Shown here: piece after piece, positions 44,755-53,759 of the stretch
Layout: every line of letters begins with the position of its first letter
Position numbering within the stretch: position 1 is the stretch's first letter
Assembly: GCA_041660325.1 (NCBI GenBank)
Contig: JBAZWR010000001.1
Location: 702-64,701 of the forward strand
DNA: 64,000 nucleotides
Direction: 5' to 3'
From: Thermodesulfovibrionales bacterium
Lineage (GTDB): Bacteria > Nitrospirota > Thermodesulfovibrionia > Thermodesulfovibrionales > SM23-35
Made by a program: the position numbers and the translations under genes
Notes under the pieces: generated by a model
The model's input: only the letters and a program-made list of their open reading frames with translations
Database searches by the model: none
What the model was told of the DNA's origin: nothing

Positions 44755-45707
44755 ATATTGTAAATTATAGTATAAATAAAATGCCCGTCTATAGAATATG
44801 AATCCATCCCCCATGATTCAGGCAGAGGCCAGAAAGGTGAAGCGTCTTTCAGCGCCTTGATGGCGGCGTCATCAAGGTCTTTATATCCGGAGGTCCTGAC
44901 CAGTTCAACCGCACCGAGCTTTCCATTTTTCATTATGGTAAAACGGATTAAGAGGTCGCCGGATATACCCCGGGCAGCGGCGGAAGGCGGATAAATCCAG
45001 ATATGTTCTATTCGCTCTTTTAATTTCCTGTCATACAGCATGAATTTCAGTTCTTTCCCGTCAAAGGAAAGTTTCTTGTCGGCTTCAAATTTCTTATCAT
45101 CCCTGTTTTGTAGTCCTCCTTTAGATCCGTAAGTCTGTTCCTGTCTCGTATCAAGGAGGGGTATTTTGTCTTTTTTTGCCTGCCCCTTTTTTTCCATGTC
45201 ACGTTTTGCAAGGTCGTTGATAACATTCCTGTCAAAAAGTTTTTCTTTTATGGAAGGTTTCGGATTGTCGAGTTTCGGAATACTTTCCCTGCTTTCTTTT
45301 GATTTCATTTCTTTTGAAACATTGTCCTGGTGAGGCTCTTCTTTCACTGTCACAGTCTTCTGTTTGCCTTCCCGGTATGGCTGAGGAGAAGGAACAACGG
45401 GGTTTGGCGCGACCTGCGGTATAACAGTCGCCGGTGTATAAGTCTTCTGCGGAGGCGGTGGAATCGCTGTAGACGGCATTGAAGGCGCAACAGGAGAAGG
45501 CGGCAAAACGGGAAGGGGCTGCCGCATTCTACGCAAAGAAGGTACATTTGGCGCTTGAGTGTAAATATCCGCAGGAGAAACAAGCCTTGCAAGCAAACTT
45601 TCCTGTATATCCCCGCCTTTCCGATCTTGTACGGGAAATAAAAGCACTGATGCAAGAATCACGGCATGAAGGAGAAAGGAGAAGACAAAAAAATGTTTGA
45701 GACTCAA
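44751..45707 (-). CDS. TonB-family protein (N-terminal anchor, Pro-rich spacer, TonB C-terminal domain)
   Basis: The TM segment is FFVFSFLLHAVILASVLLF. A Pro-rich region follows. The C-terminus reads YPPSAAARGISGDLLIRFTIMKNGKLGAVELVRTSGYKDLDDAAIKALK. Confidence 0.8.
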   Translation of the reverse strand: MSLKHFFVFSFLLHAVILASVLLFPVQDRKGGDIQESLLARLVSPADIYTQAPNVPSLRRMRQPLPVLPPSPVAPSMPSTAIPPPPQKTYTPATVIPQVAPNPVVPSPQPYREGKQKTVTVKEEPHQDNVSKEMKSKESRESIPKLDNPKPSIKEKLFDRNVINDLAKRDMEKKGQAKKDKIPLLDTRQEQTYGSKGGLQNRDDKKFEADKKLSFDGKELKFMLYDRKLKERIEHIWIYPPSAAARGISGDLLIRFTIMKNGKLGAVELVRTSGYKDLDDAAIKALKDASPFWPLPESWGMDSYSIDGHFIYTIIYNI

Positions 45708-46795
45708 CGTGCTAATTTCCCGAAGAACCTGATATAACTCATGAGGTTTGATTTGCCGCCGCCTTTCATAGTCCAGATTCTCAGCGCCGCCTCCCGTATT
45801 TCAGGCCTTCCGTGCAATGCAACCAGCCTTTCGGCGGATGCGTCATCTTTCAGGAAATAATCTCTCAGCGCATTCATTAGCATGAATCTTTTCTGAAACT
45901 TCGACCTCCACATCTTTTTATAGTTATCAACCTTATTTTCTATTATAGCTCTTGCGGCAAACTCCCCGGCCTTCATGGCGTAATAGATACCTTCATACGT
46001 AAGCGGCAGTACCTGGCCGGCCGAATCACCGGTAAAAAGTATTTTACTTTTATTATACAAGTCGCCGGTCCAAACTGGAATCCTGTAGACCCTTTTCTCG
46101 CCTTCCGTTTGAATCCCTTTTCTCTCCCTGAACCGCTCGAAAAGGGACTGTATTCTGCCCTGTTCGTACCCTCCGGTCCCGACCGATATACCCTGAGTCC
46201 AAGGGAATACCCATGAATATGACAGCGGCGCATGAGAAGCCCCGAACCAGAATTCACAGCAGTCCGCAGACATACCTTGTATTTTTTCGGACATGGTAAA
46301 GAAGGCGCGCACCGGCTTAATGCCAAGGGCCGTCCTCATCCTTGAATTCACACCGTCGGCGGCAATGATATGTTCGGCAGTGATTTCATATCGGTCCGTA
46401 CCGGATATCGCCTCAACTTTATACCGTTTATTCCGGGAAACATTTACACATTCAGCCTCGATTAGATTTGCTCCGCATCCTTGTGCCTGCCGCCTTAATT
46501 CTCGGTCAAATTCGCCGCGTCCGATGATGGCAAGATTACTCCCTTTCAGAGAGATGTCGACTTTTTGTCCGGCGGGCGAGATGAGCCTGATAACTTTAAC
46601 TTCCGTTTGAATGATATTTTCCGGAATGCCGAATTCGTCAAAGGCATTGATGGAGAGCCCGCCGCCGCAGGGTTTGACGAAGGCAAGGTTTCTTTCGAGA
46701 AGAACAACATCTCTGCCGTTTTTTGAAAGGACTTTGGCGGCTGTTGCTCCTGCCGGTCCCGCTCCGATGACAAGGACGTTTGTGCTCAGTCTCAT
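45704..46795 (-). CDS. FAD-dependent geranylgeranyl reductase family oxidoreductase
   Basis: The sequences VLVIGAGPAGATAAKVLSKNGRDVVLLER and ...LFTGDSAGQVLPLTYEGIYYAMKAG fit this family. Confidence 0.75.
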   Translation of the reverse strand: MRLSTNVLVIGAGPAGATAAKVLSKNGRDVVLLERNLAFVKPCGGGLSINAFDEFGIPENIIQTEVKVIRLISPAGQKVDISLKGSNLAIIGRGEFDRELRRQAQGCGANLIEAECVNVSRNKRYKVEAISGTDRYEITAEHIIAADGVNSRMRTALGIKPVRAFFTMSEKIQGMSADCCEFWFGASHAPLSYSWVFPWTQGISVGTGGYEQGRIQSLFERFRERKGIQTEGEKRVYRIPVWTGDLYNKSKILFTGDSAGQVLPLTYEGIYYAMKAGEFAARAIIENKVDNYKKMWRSKFQKRFMLMNALRDYFLKDDASAERLVALHGRPEIREAALRIWTMKGGGKSNLMSYIRFFGKLAR

Positions 46796-46837
46796 TGATT
46801 AACTAAAAAGGACATGGATATAACATCCTACCCAACC

Positions 46838-46877
46838 CCTCCCATCAATCCCGAAAACTTTCGGGATTGATGGGAGG
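46838..46877. repeat. Perfect 19-bp-stem palindrome (40 nt) related to the 5392 palindrome
   Basis: The sequence is CCTCCCATCAATCCCGAAA ac TTTCGGGATTGATGGGAGG. It is followed by GGTGAgggggTCACC and the motif GGGTCACCTCA, which is also seen at 5338-5349. Confidence 0.65.
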
Positions 46878-46949
46878 AGGAAAAGGTGAGGGGGTCACCT
46901 CATCGTCAGTAGCGCTAAACTTCAGATTGTGATTAAATATTTTGCCCGA

Positions 46950-47402
46950 CTAATATTTCGGTATCCTTACGGTAAGCACCGGGCACGGGGCATTCCTTAC
47001 AACCTGTGCTGCAGTACTCCCGAAAAGAATTCTGTCTATGCCCGTTCTTCCATGTGTTCCTATGATTATCATGTCTATCTTATTTTTAACGGCACAGTTT
47101 ATAATCTCCTGATAGGGAACGCCTGTCCGGACAAGACGCTCAATATTTTTGAGCCCGCCGAGTTCATTAACGCCGAAGTTGTCGAGCTCTTTCTTGGCGC
47201 CTTCCTGAATGTCCTTGTAGATTGCATCCATTGATACATGAGGGACATACCATCCGGAAGCCTTTGCAATATCGTAAATAACATGAAGAACGTAGAGCTT
47301 GGCCCCATAACGATTAGCAAATTCAACTGCATACTTCAACGCCTCTGCCGAGCCCTCTGAAAAGTCTGTCGGGAAAAGAATACTTTTAATTTCCATTATC
47401 AA
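46950..47402 (-). CDS. Universal stress protein (UspA family)
   Basis: The sequence ILFPTDFSEGSAEALKYAVEFA...MIIIGTHGRTGIDRILFGSTAAQVVRNAPCPVLTV is UspA-like. Confidence 0.88.
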   Translation of the reverse strand: MIMEIKSILFPTDFSEGSAEALKYAVEFANRYGAKLYVLHVIYDIAKASGWYVPHVSMDAIYKDIQEGAKKELDNFGVNELGGLKNIERLVRTGVPYQEIINCAVKNKIDMIIIGTHGRTGIDRILFGSTAAQVVRNAPCPVLTVRIPKY

Positions 47403-48397
47403 ACCTCCCTTAAATATTTTGCTGCGTTTTCAGGCGATGTGGGAAGGATATAAAATCCTGAACCCCATTCAAACCCGCTTGTCCTTATAATCCTTGGAAT
47501 TATCTCAATATGCCAGTGATAGTCCTCTCCGAGCGTATGCCAGTGGTTTCTTCTCGGCACCATATTCGGGGCTGTGTGAAGGAAGTAGTTGAAAGGCGGG
47601 TCATGGAAAACCTGCCTCAACTTTTTCAATATTGTCATAAGGATCAGTCCCATATCTTCAATCTCTTCATTGGTAATCTCCTGGAAAGCGCAACTGTGGC
47701 GCTTCGGGAGTATCCATGATTCGAAAGGAAATTGCGCCGCATACGGGCAAAAGGCAAGAAAATGTTTCGTCTCAAAGATGATCCTTTCACCGGTACTAAG
47801 TTCCTCCCTAATGATGTCGCAGAATATACATCGTTCTTTATAGGAAAAATACTGTTTCGAATTATCCAGTTCATCCTTTACAACCTTAGGTATCACCGGG
47901 GTAGCCATTAAAAAAGATACCGGATGAGAAAATATCTGTCCGGCGCTTTTACCGGAGTCTTTATATATAAGAATATATCTGAGTCTCGAATCCTTTTCAA
48001 GATCGGCAAGCCGGGACCTGTAAAGTGTTATGACCCTTATCATCTGTTCAATCCCCATATCTTCCGGCCTAAGGTTGTGCTCCGGGGACTCGACGAGGAT
48101 TTCATTTGCCCCTATGGCGTTCATTTTATCATATATCCCGATTCCTCTTCTCCCAAGGTCTCCTTCTATCTGAAAAATGGGCTTAAAACTCGGCAAAGCC
48201 CTGACCCACCAGTCAGCGTCGGACTTCCGTATAGAGGTTATTTCGGGCGGGGTCTCATGTTCCCTGCCCCGGCAAAAAAAGCAGCTTGTTTCCGCCTTGT
48301 CATCGTCCGGCGGCTTGGTATATTCCGCCGGCGTCCGGGAATCCGACATAACGGCAACCCATCTTCCAAGAAGTATGTCTTTCCTCAGTTCATGCAT
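47399..48397 (-). CDS. GalT-like HIT-superfamily hexose-1-phosphate nucleotidyltransferase
   Basis: A Zn-type CFFCRGRE motif, a second FCDII motif and the histidine motif HWHIEIIP are present. Confidence 0.65.
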   Translation of the reverse strand: MHELRKDILLGRWVAVMSDSRTPAEYTKPPDDDKAETSCFFCRGREHETPPEITSIRKSDADWWVRALPSFKPIFQIEGDLGRRGIGIYDKMNAIGANEILVESPEHNLRPEDMGIEQMIRVITLYRSRLADLEKDSRLRYILIYKDSGKSAGQIFSHPVSFLMATPVIPKVVKDELDNSKQYFSYKERCIFCDIIREELSTGERIIFETKHFLAFCPYAAQFPFESWILPKRHSCAFQEITNEEIEDMGLILMTILKKLRQVFHDPPFNYFLHTAPNMVPRRNHWHTLGEDYHWHIEIIPRIIRTSGFEWGSGFYILPTSPENAAKYLREV

Positions 48398-49154
48398 CCC
48401 TGTTCCTCTTATATATTATCCTCAGCCCCTCAAGCGTAAGTTGCGGGTAAAAATCGTTTTGCCTCTTTAAAAATCCGGCGAGGAGTTTTCCGTATCCGCC
48501 TGTAACGGCAACCTTCAGCTCAAGACCGGTTTCATATTCTATCTCATTGAGAATCCCGTCAACCGCTCCGGCTGTGCCATAGAAGATACCGGATCGGATA
48601 CAGCCTGCAGTGTCAGCGCCGAGCGCCGCTTCAGGCGGGAACAAAGTAACCGCTTGCAGTTTAGAGGTGCCTTTCTCAAGGGATTCGTTCATTAATCGTA
48701 TGCCCGGCATTATGGTACCCCCGATATAGTTTGCATCCTTGCCCACAACGCTGATGGTAGTGGCTGTGCCAAAATCAACGACCGCCACCGGGCGTTTATA
48801 CCGTTCATATGCCGCAACTGCATTTGCAATCCTGTCGGCCCCCAACTCTCCCGGCTCCGGTATAGCAAAGACAATTCCGGTTATAACTTTATAACTTACC
48901 AATAGAGGCTCTCCGGACACCGGACCCGTCAGGGCGTCTTTGATAACATCCGTATGGCCGGGAACAACAGATGATATTATAATCCCTTCCGCTATTTTGT
49001 CTATATTTTTTTCTTTTATAAACCCATTAACAATTGATGAATACTCCCGGAAGGAAAGAAGAGGCCATGTGTCGAAGGTCTTTACAAACAGGTCTGATCC
49101 GGTAAATAAACCGATATGTATTGAAGAATTCCCTATATCAACGGCAATAACCAT
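48390..49154 (-). CDS. coaX: Type III pantothenate kinase
   Basis: The sequence VIAVDIGNSSIHIGLF...GADRIANAVAA...VVDFGTATT is CoaX-like. Confidence 0.9.
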   Translation of the reverse strand: MVIAVDIGNSSIHIGLFTGSDLFVKTFDTWPLLSFREYSSIVNGFIKEKNIDKIAEGIIISSVVPGHTDVIKDALTGPVSGEPLLVSYKVITGIVFAIPEPGELGADRIANAVAAYERYKRPVAVVDFGTATTISVVGKDANYIGGTIMPGIRLMNESLEKGTSKLQAVTLFPPEAALGADTAGCIRSGIFYGTAGAVDGILNEIEYETGLELKVAVTGGYGKLLAGFLKRQNDFYPQLTLEGLRIIYKRNRDA

Positions 49155-49931
49155 CTATCTTACTATCGTCACATCTCCCGAACTGATTCTTTTAACCTCT
49201 CCTGAAGTAAGCTTTATCATAAGCATCCCTTCGCTGTCTAAGTCCAGGGCCAAACCTGTAAGGGTTCCCTGACCGGTAACTACCATAACCTCCCTGCCAA
49301 GGGTAGAAGACAACCGTTTCCATTCAGAAAGGAGCGTGTCCCTATCCATTACCTTCAGGGTTTTATACCACCGGTCTATCTCATTCAGGGTTTCCGCTAC
49401 TATTTCCGTCCTTGAATAAACAATACCCGTCTCATTTTTAAGTGACGTCGCTATATATTTCACATCTTCAGGAAATTCATTGATATCCGCATTCACATTT
49501 ATTCCGATGCCTACAACTGCAAAGATTATTTTATTCCGTTCCGTTTTAAGCTCTGTCAGAATACCACAAAGCTTTTTCTTTTGAATAATCAGGTCATTCG
49601 GCCACTTTATCGTAACATTAAGTCCGGTTACTTTTCTAAGCGCGTTTGCGCATGCAACGGAAGACATGATGGTGATGAGAGTTGCATCCCTTGGCGTGAT
49701 ATCCGGCCTCAGGATAATGCTTATATAGATGTTTACACCGGGTGGCGATACCCAAACCCTTCCGAGCCTGCCCTTGCCTTTACTTTGGGTATCGGCAAGA
49801 ACAACGGCGCCTTCGACAGTCTTCGCGGCAATTTCAGAGGCGACGGCATTGGTGGAACCGACGGTATCGTAAAAGAAAATCTCCCTACCGACGTCGCCCC
49901 TCAGCCTGGATTTTATTTCAGCTATTTTCAA
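49155..49931 (-). CDS. birA: Biotin-[acetyl-CoA-carboxylase] ligase (no N-terminal HTH)
   Basis: The motifs TQSKGKGRLGRVWVSPPG and KWPNDL...KKLCGILTE are present. Confidence 0.88.
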   Translation of the reverse strand: MKIAEIKSRLRGDVGREIFFYDTVGSTNAVASEIAAKTVEGAVVLADTQSKGKGRLGRVWVSPPGVNIYISIILRPDITPRDATLITIMSSVACANALRKVTGLNVTIKWPNDLIIQKKKLCGILTELKTERNKIIFAVVGIGINVNADINEFPEDVKYIATSLKNETGIVYSRTEIVAETLNEIDRWYKTLKVMDRDTLLSEWKRLSSTLGREVMVVTGQGTLTGLALDLDSEGMLMIKLTSGEVKRISSGDVTIVR

Positions 49932-49960
49932 GGCTATACATTAATTGCAAAAAGCAAGGG

Positions 49961-50674
49961 CTATTCCTGTTTCAGTATGACGACTTCTATTTTTCCCTTT
50001 AACCCGTCTGCGAACCTTTTGGCATCATCTTTTGTGCCGACAATCGAATCATAATGCATGGGTATTGCAATTTTGGGCTTGATATCAAGCGCTGCCTGAA
50101 TAGCTTCTTCGGCGGTCATTACATAAGTGCCGGAGACCGGGAGGAGGGCGATATCAGCCTTGAAGGTCTTCATTTCAGGGATATGATCGGTATCTCCGGC
50201 AATATAAATCCTCTTCCCCTTCACCGTAAATATGTAACCAACCCAGCCGTTTGTCTTTGGATGAAACTGTTTGTTGCTGTTATAGGAAGGCACGGCCTCG
50301 ATTTCAACTCCTTCGACACTGATTTTATCTCCGGGACGTACCGTTTTCACCTTTCCGGAAAGCTTCTTTACGCAGTCCTGTGGCGCCACAATCATGGTAT
50401 TCGGCCCCTGAAGCATCCTGACATCCTCAGGAGAGCAGTGGTCAAAATGTTCATGGGTGATCAGGATAATATCTGCGGTATCCTTTTTCTTGAGCTTGAA
50501 CGGATCGGTATAGATTACCTTTTCCCCGACTATCTTAAAAGTGTCATGCCCAAGCCAGTGTATATCCTTAACCATTGAAGTTACCCCCTTCCCTTCCGCC
50601 ATGACGGCACCCGGCAGAAGAGCAATGAAAATTATTGATATTATCGAAAATATTCTTATGAACATAGGACACAA
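49961..50674 (-). CDS. Secreted MBL-fold metallo-hydrolase
   Basis: A signal-like N-terminus, the motif ILITHEHFDHC and the later block IAGDT...LPVSG are present. Confidence 0.8.
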   Translation of the reverse strand: MCPMFIRIFSIISIIFIALLPGAVMAEGKGVTSMVKDIHWLGHDTFKIVGEKVIYTDPFKLKKKDTADIILITHEHFDHCSPEDVRMLQGPNTMIVAPQDCVKKLSGKVKTVRPGDKISVEGVEIEAVPSYNSNKQFHPKTNGWVGYIFTVKGKRIYIAGDTDHIPEMKTFKADIALLPVSGTYVMTAEEAIQAALDIKPKIAIPMHYDSIVGTKDDAKRFADGLKGKIEVVILKQE

Positions 50675-50761
50675 CCCCTCACTTTTTAAGGAAATTATAG
50701 CACAAATCTCCCCTTATTAATATTTAGGAAAAAAGTTCGAACCCGCGGTTTCAAAAAAAGC

Positions 50762-50790
50762 TTGACAACCTCTCTAAATTAGGTTATAAA
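50762..50790 (+). promoter_or_regulatory. Near-consensus sigma70 promoter driving a non-coding transcript
   Basis: TTGACA (50762-50767) is followed by a 17-nt spacer and TATAAA (50785-50790). Confidence 0.6.
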
Positions 50791-50797
50791 TAAATCA

Positions 50798-50960
50798 AGA
50801 AGAGCGGGCTTACCAAAAGTGGTGGACTTGCTTCTCTCAAAATTGGCATGAAGGTTGTAAGGTCGCAGGACGTAAGGTTGCAGACGTAAGAGTCTTAAGC
50901 TGTATGTCTCAAGATGTACAATCTGCCAAGATACGAGAGTAAGCAAGCCCCACTTTTTTT
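50798..50960 (+). ncRNA. Candidate ~160-nt structured sRNA (rod-like, 6S-like architecture; identity unassigned)
   Basis: There is no ORF here. The 5' AAAAGUGGUGGACUUGCUUCUCUC pairs with the 3' GAGAGUAAGCAAGCCCCACUUUUUUU. Inner helices are UUGGCA/UGCCAA and UUGUA/UACAA. The transcript ends in U7 and lies on the strand opposite both neighbouring genes. Confidence 0.45.
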
Positions 50961-51066
50961 GTTTCCATAGTCGTCGGGGTTAGGCAGCGTTTAATTTAGG
51001 TTATTTATCTTTGAAAGCTTGGCCTATGTTGGGACGGAATTCGCGGGGACCGGAAAGACTGACGGG

Positions 51067-51966
51067 TTATGAAAACCCTTCAGTCTTTCCAATAAGGACG
51101 GAGCAATCTGCAACGCTGAGGATATATCTGGATAAACTCTCAACAACACCTCTGAACCCCTTCATGCCTTTGCTGCCGACAACAATAATGTCCGCTTTTA
51201 TTTCATTTGCGGCATTCAGAATTTCTTCTGAAGGGTCGCCCATCGTTGTCAGTCTTTCTATATTTGAGAATTTATTGCTTAAATATTCGGCGGTCCGTGC
51301 AAGAATTTTTTGAGATTTCTGCAATTCCATAGAACGGTATTTTTTCAAATCTTCCCTGACACTTACTTCTATTTTTTCCATAAATCTATCAGGGATGTCA
51401 TAAAAAGCCGGAGTGATTACATGGATGATTGTTATTTCCGTATTATCATGAAACGGGATCAGGGACAAGGTTTCTCCTGCTTTCTCTGCATAATCAGAGC
51501 CGTCTGTTGCAAAGAGTATTTTCATTTTATCCGCCGGCTCTTCCCGGGGAGGTTTAATAATAAGCGCCGGTTTGGAAGAACTGATAGACACGGATTTTGT
51601 GACACTGCCGACAATGCGTGATTTAATGCCCTTAAGTCTTTTGGGTCCCATAACTATTATATCAGCGTTCGAATCAACTGCAGCCTCAAGTATACATTTA
51701 TCGGGATAGCCGTCCATCAATACCGTTTTTATTTGAGCGGGAACGGATTTCAGGACATTCAGGGCAGAGTCGAGTATATTAGACGCGATTGACCGTTTGA
51801 TCTCTTTGATCCTTGCATAATAGTAATCTTCTTTGTCCTGAAAAGGGTCGTCGCTTATGACGTGAAGAATGGTAATTTCATCGTTCCGGGATAAATTAAG
51901 TCTTGTGAGAAATTGTGCCGCCGTTTCAGAATATTCCGAGCCGTCAGTAGGTAGCAATATCTTCAT
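51067..51966 (-). CDS. Tandem-domain universal stress protein
   Basis: There are two Usp repeats: ILLPTDGSEYSETAAQF...VMGPKRLKG.. and ILFATDGSDYAEKAGE...VVGSKGMKGFRGVV. Confidence 0.88.
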   Translation of the reverse strand: MKILLPTDGSEYSETAAQFLTRLNLSRNDEITILHVISDDPFQDKEDYYYARIKEIKRSIASNILDSALNVLKSVPAQIKTVLMDGYPDKCILEAAVDSNADIIVMGPKRLKGIKSRIVGSVTKSVSISSSKPALIIKPPREEPADKMKILFATDGSDYAEKAGETLSLIPFHDNTEITIIHVITPAFYDIPDRFMEKIEVSVREDLKKYRSMELQKSQKILARTAEYLSNKFSNIERLTTMGDPSEEILNAANEIKADIIVVGSKGMKGFRGVVESLSRYILSVADCSVLIGKTEGFS

Positions 51967-52055
51967 AGTATCATCCTGTCTTAAATGGGATTTTAACTAA
52001 AATGTCTATGCATATTATAATACCAATTTTTGTGCGGCTTTTTTCATCCTTCCTT

Positions 52056-52718
52056 CTAATCGACTAATCTCACAATTTCACCTGTCTCAACCCTGTCCGT
52101 TCTGGAGCTGTTCACAGGAGATTCCATGTCCGGGTACCCAATGGAAATGCCGAGTACGATCCTCTTTGATTCCGGAATCCCCAGAAACTTTTTTACATGC
52201 AGTGCGTAGTCGGTCAGAAACGCCTGCGGAACAGTCCCGAGACCGGAGGCATGTGCGGAAAGCATAAGGCTCTGAGCGAATAGACCCATATCAAACAAAG
52301 ACCATAGGGGTAATGATGAATCCTGAAAGATAAACATAGCGTGCGGCGCTCCATAGAAACGGAAGTTGGCAATCTTGGATTTTTTCCTGACTTCCGGAGC
52401 ATTCAGATCTTTTCCGGTCAGCTCGCTCCTTTTCTTAATGAGAGTTGCAATCCTCTCCTCTATAACGGGAGTCCACGACTTAGGCTCGGGAATATCCGGA
52501 CAGGGTTTCTCGTCTTGTTCCAGAAGTCCTACAAGCAGCTTTGACAGCTCTTCTTTTTTATTGCCTGAAACAATAGTAACTTCCCATGGCTGGCTGTTCT
52601 TGTACGAAGGGCTCCATTTTGCCGTATCAATGACTTTTAAAAGAGTTTCGACCGGAACAGTGTCGGGTTTGAATTTCCTGATGCTCATCCTTGTTTTAAT
52701 ACATTCAATAGCATCCAT
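52056..52718 (-). CDS. Nitroreductase-family flavoprotein
   Basis: The sequence RMSIRKFKPDTVPVETLLKVIDTAKWSPSYKNSQPWE fits this family. Confidence 0.85.
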   Translation of the reverse strand: MDAIECIKTRMSIRKFKPDTVPVETLLKVIDTAKWSPSYKNSQPWEVTIVSGNKKEELSKLLVGLLEQDEKPCPDIPEPKSWTPVIEERIATLIKKRSELTGKDLNAPEVRKKSKIANFRFYGAPHAMFIFQDSSLPLWSLFDMGLFAQSLMLSAHASGLGTVPQAFLTDYALHVKKFLGIPESKRIVLGISIGYPDMESPVNSSRTDRVETGEIVRLVD

Positions 52719-52910
52719 TATTGCCTCCTCTGCTAAATTTATTATCTAAATCGCCCATTGTTGTAGAATATATAAAACAACAAAAACATGAAAACATCAA
52801 TAGGCTATCCCGGTAATCCGCATAGCCGTTGCATTTCTGCCGGCTCTATTAGGTATTGACCGGACCGATATAAATACGGAAATGTATAAAGAGGAATCCT
52901 TATAAGATTC

Positions 52911-53291
52911 TTGAAGGATCCAAGGAGATTAGCTGTCATGAAGAGGAAAATGCTATCAAAAGAACAGGCACTAAAAGCCATACAAAACTTAGAATTCAGC
53001 GCGGATGTGACGGCTTCCGATGATAAGGTTGCCGTAGTAATGACACAGAATTGGTGCAGTGAATGGATGGCTATGAAAAGGTGGATGGACTCGATGGAGG
53101 ACATAAAAGGACTGGATATCTATGAACTGATATATAACACAGTTGATTATTGCAATGATTTTCTGCAACTGAAGGAAAAATCCTGGAAGAATTACTTTAT
53201 ACCATATATCAGATACTATGCGGACGGCGTTCTGATCCACGAGTCAAACTACGTTAAAAAAGAAGACTTCCTGAAAATCCTTGAACTATAA
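52911..53291 (+). CDS. Hypothetical protein (possible thioredoxin-like fold; start uncertain)
   Basis: This 126-aa ORF has protein-like composition. VAVVMTQNWCSEWMAM weakly recalls a WCxxC-type site with a single Cys. Confidence 0.4.
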   Translation: MKDPRRLAVMKRKMLSKEQALKAIQNLEFSADVTASDDKVAVVMTQNWCSEWMAMKRWMDSMEDIKGLDIYELIYNTVDYCNDFLQLKEKSWKNYFIPYIRYYADGVLIHESNYVKKEDFLKILEL

Positions 53292-53592
53292 AATAAATAG
53301 AGCCATTTTAAGGATCTTCTTGATTGGGCAACCTTTTACGCAGGCTATTCAACTTCTGCCGTTACGTCTTCAGGATGACCAAGTACCCTTAAATGGCTCC
53401 AGAATATTTCTTGCGACCCCGGTTCCGGGAAACCTTGAGCTCTTTTGTCTAAGTGGGCGCTTCGGCGGATGTTTTAGGCTTCCTCCTCGCTGCCGGAGGC
53501 TTGCACACCGCATCCCGCTCCCGCTCCCTTTACATCATTGATCCTCAGGTTAAATCCCGCTCCGGGTCTCGCAATTTCTTTTCTTGATTATA
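53290..53592 (-). ncRNA. Candidate ~290-nt structured RNA in a 470-bp convergent intergenic gap (strand tentative)
   Basis: Nested long-range helices are AGCCATTTTAAGG (53301)/CCTTAAATGGCT (53387), TTGCGACCCCGG (53411)/CCGGGTCTCGCAA (53562) and AACCTTGAG/CCTCAGGTT. A CGC-UUCG-GCG hairpin is present on the plus strand. The minus strand has TATAAT (53592-53587) and a U-rich tail after the outer helix. Confidence 0.35.
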
Positions 53593-53759
53593 GTTTACTC
53601 TTTTTAAATTTTATTTCAAGAACGGATTGGATTGATATAGAGATGCCTGGGCTTATCAGAGCATTCTAAACACTGTTTTCAGTTATTCTTTGCCTAAATC
53701 AGGAATTATCAATGCTTTTCACAAGCAATGATAATTTTCGATAATCGTGGAAAAAGTAG

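Noticed and set aside
50731-50752. A tRNA-like T-arm fragment (minus strand CCGCGGGTTCGAAC).
   Set aside because: There is no complementary 3' half of the T stem, no acceptor stem and no anticodon arm around it. It is not a tRNA and at best a fragment.
53281-53541. An 86-aa plus-strand ORF (MNYKINRAIL...PLPLPLHH) in the lpxI-downstream gap.
   Set aside because: It has a Pro/Leu/Arg-rich low-complexity tail and no RBS. It coincides with the stacked helices, which are better explained as RNA structure.
53290-53592. Possibility that the structured gap encodes RNase P RNA, tmRNA or SRP RNA.
   Set aside because: I could not find the hallmark motifs on either strand. These are GGAAAGUCCGG (P4) for RNase P, a tRNA-like 3' end (GGUUCGAnUCC...CCA) plus tag ORF for tmRNA, and GGUCCGGAAGGAAGCAGCC-type helix 8 for SRP.
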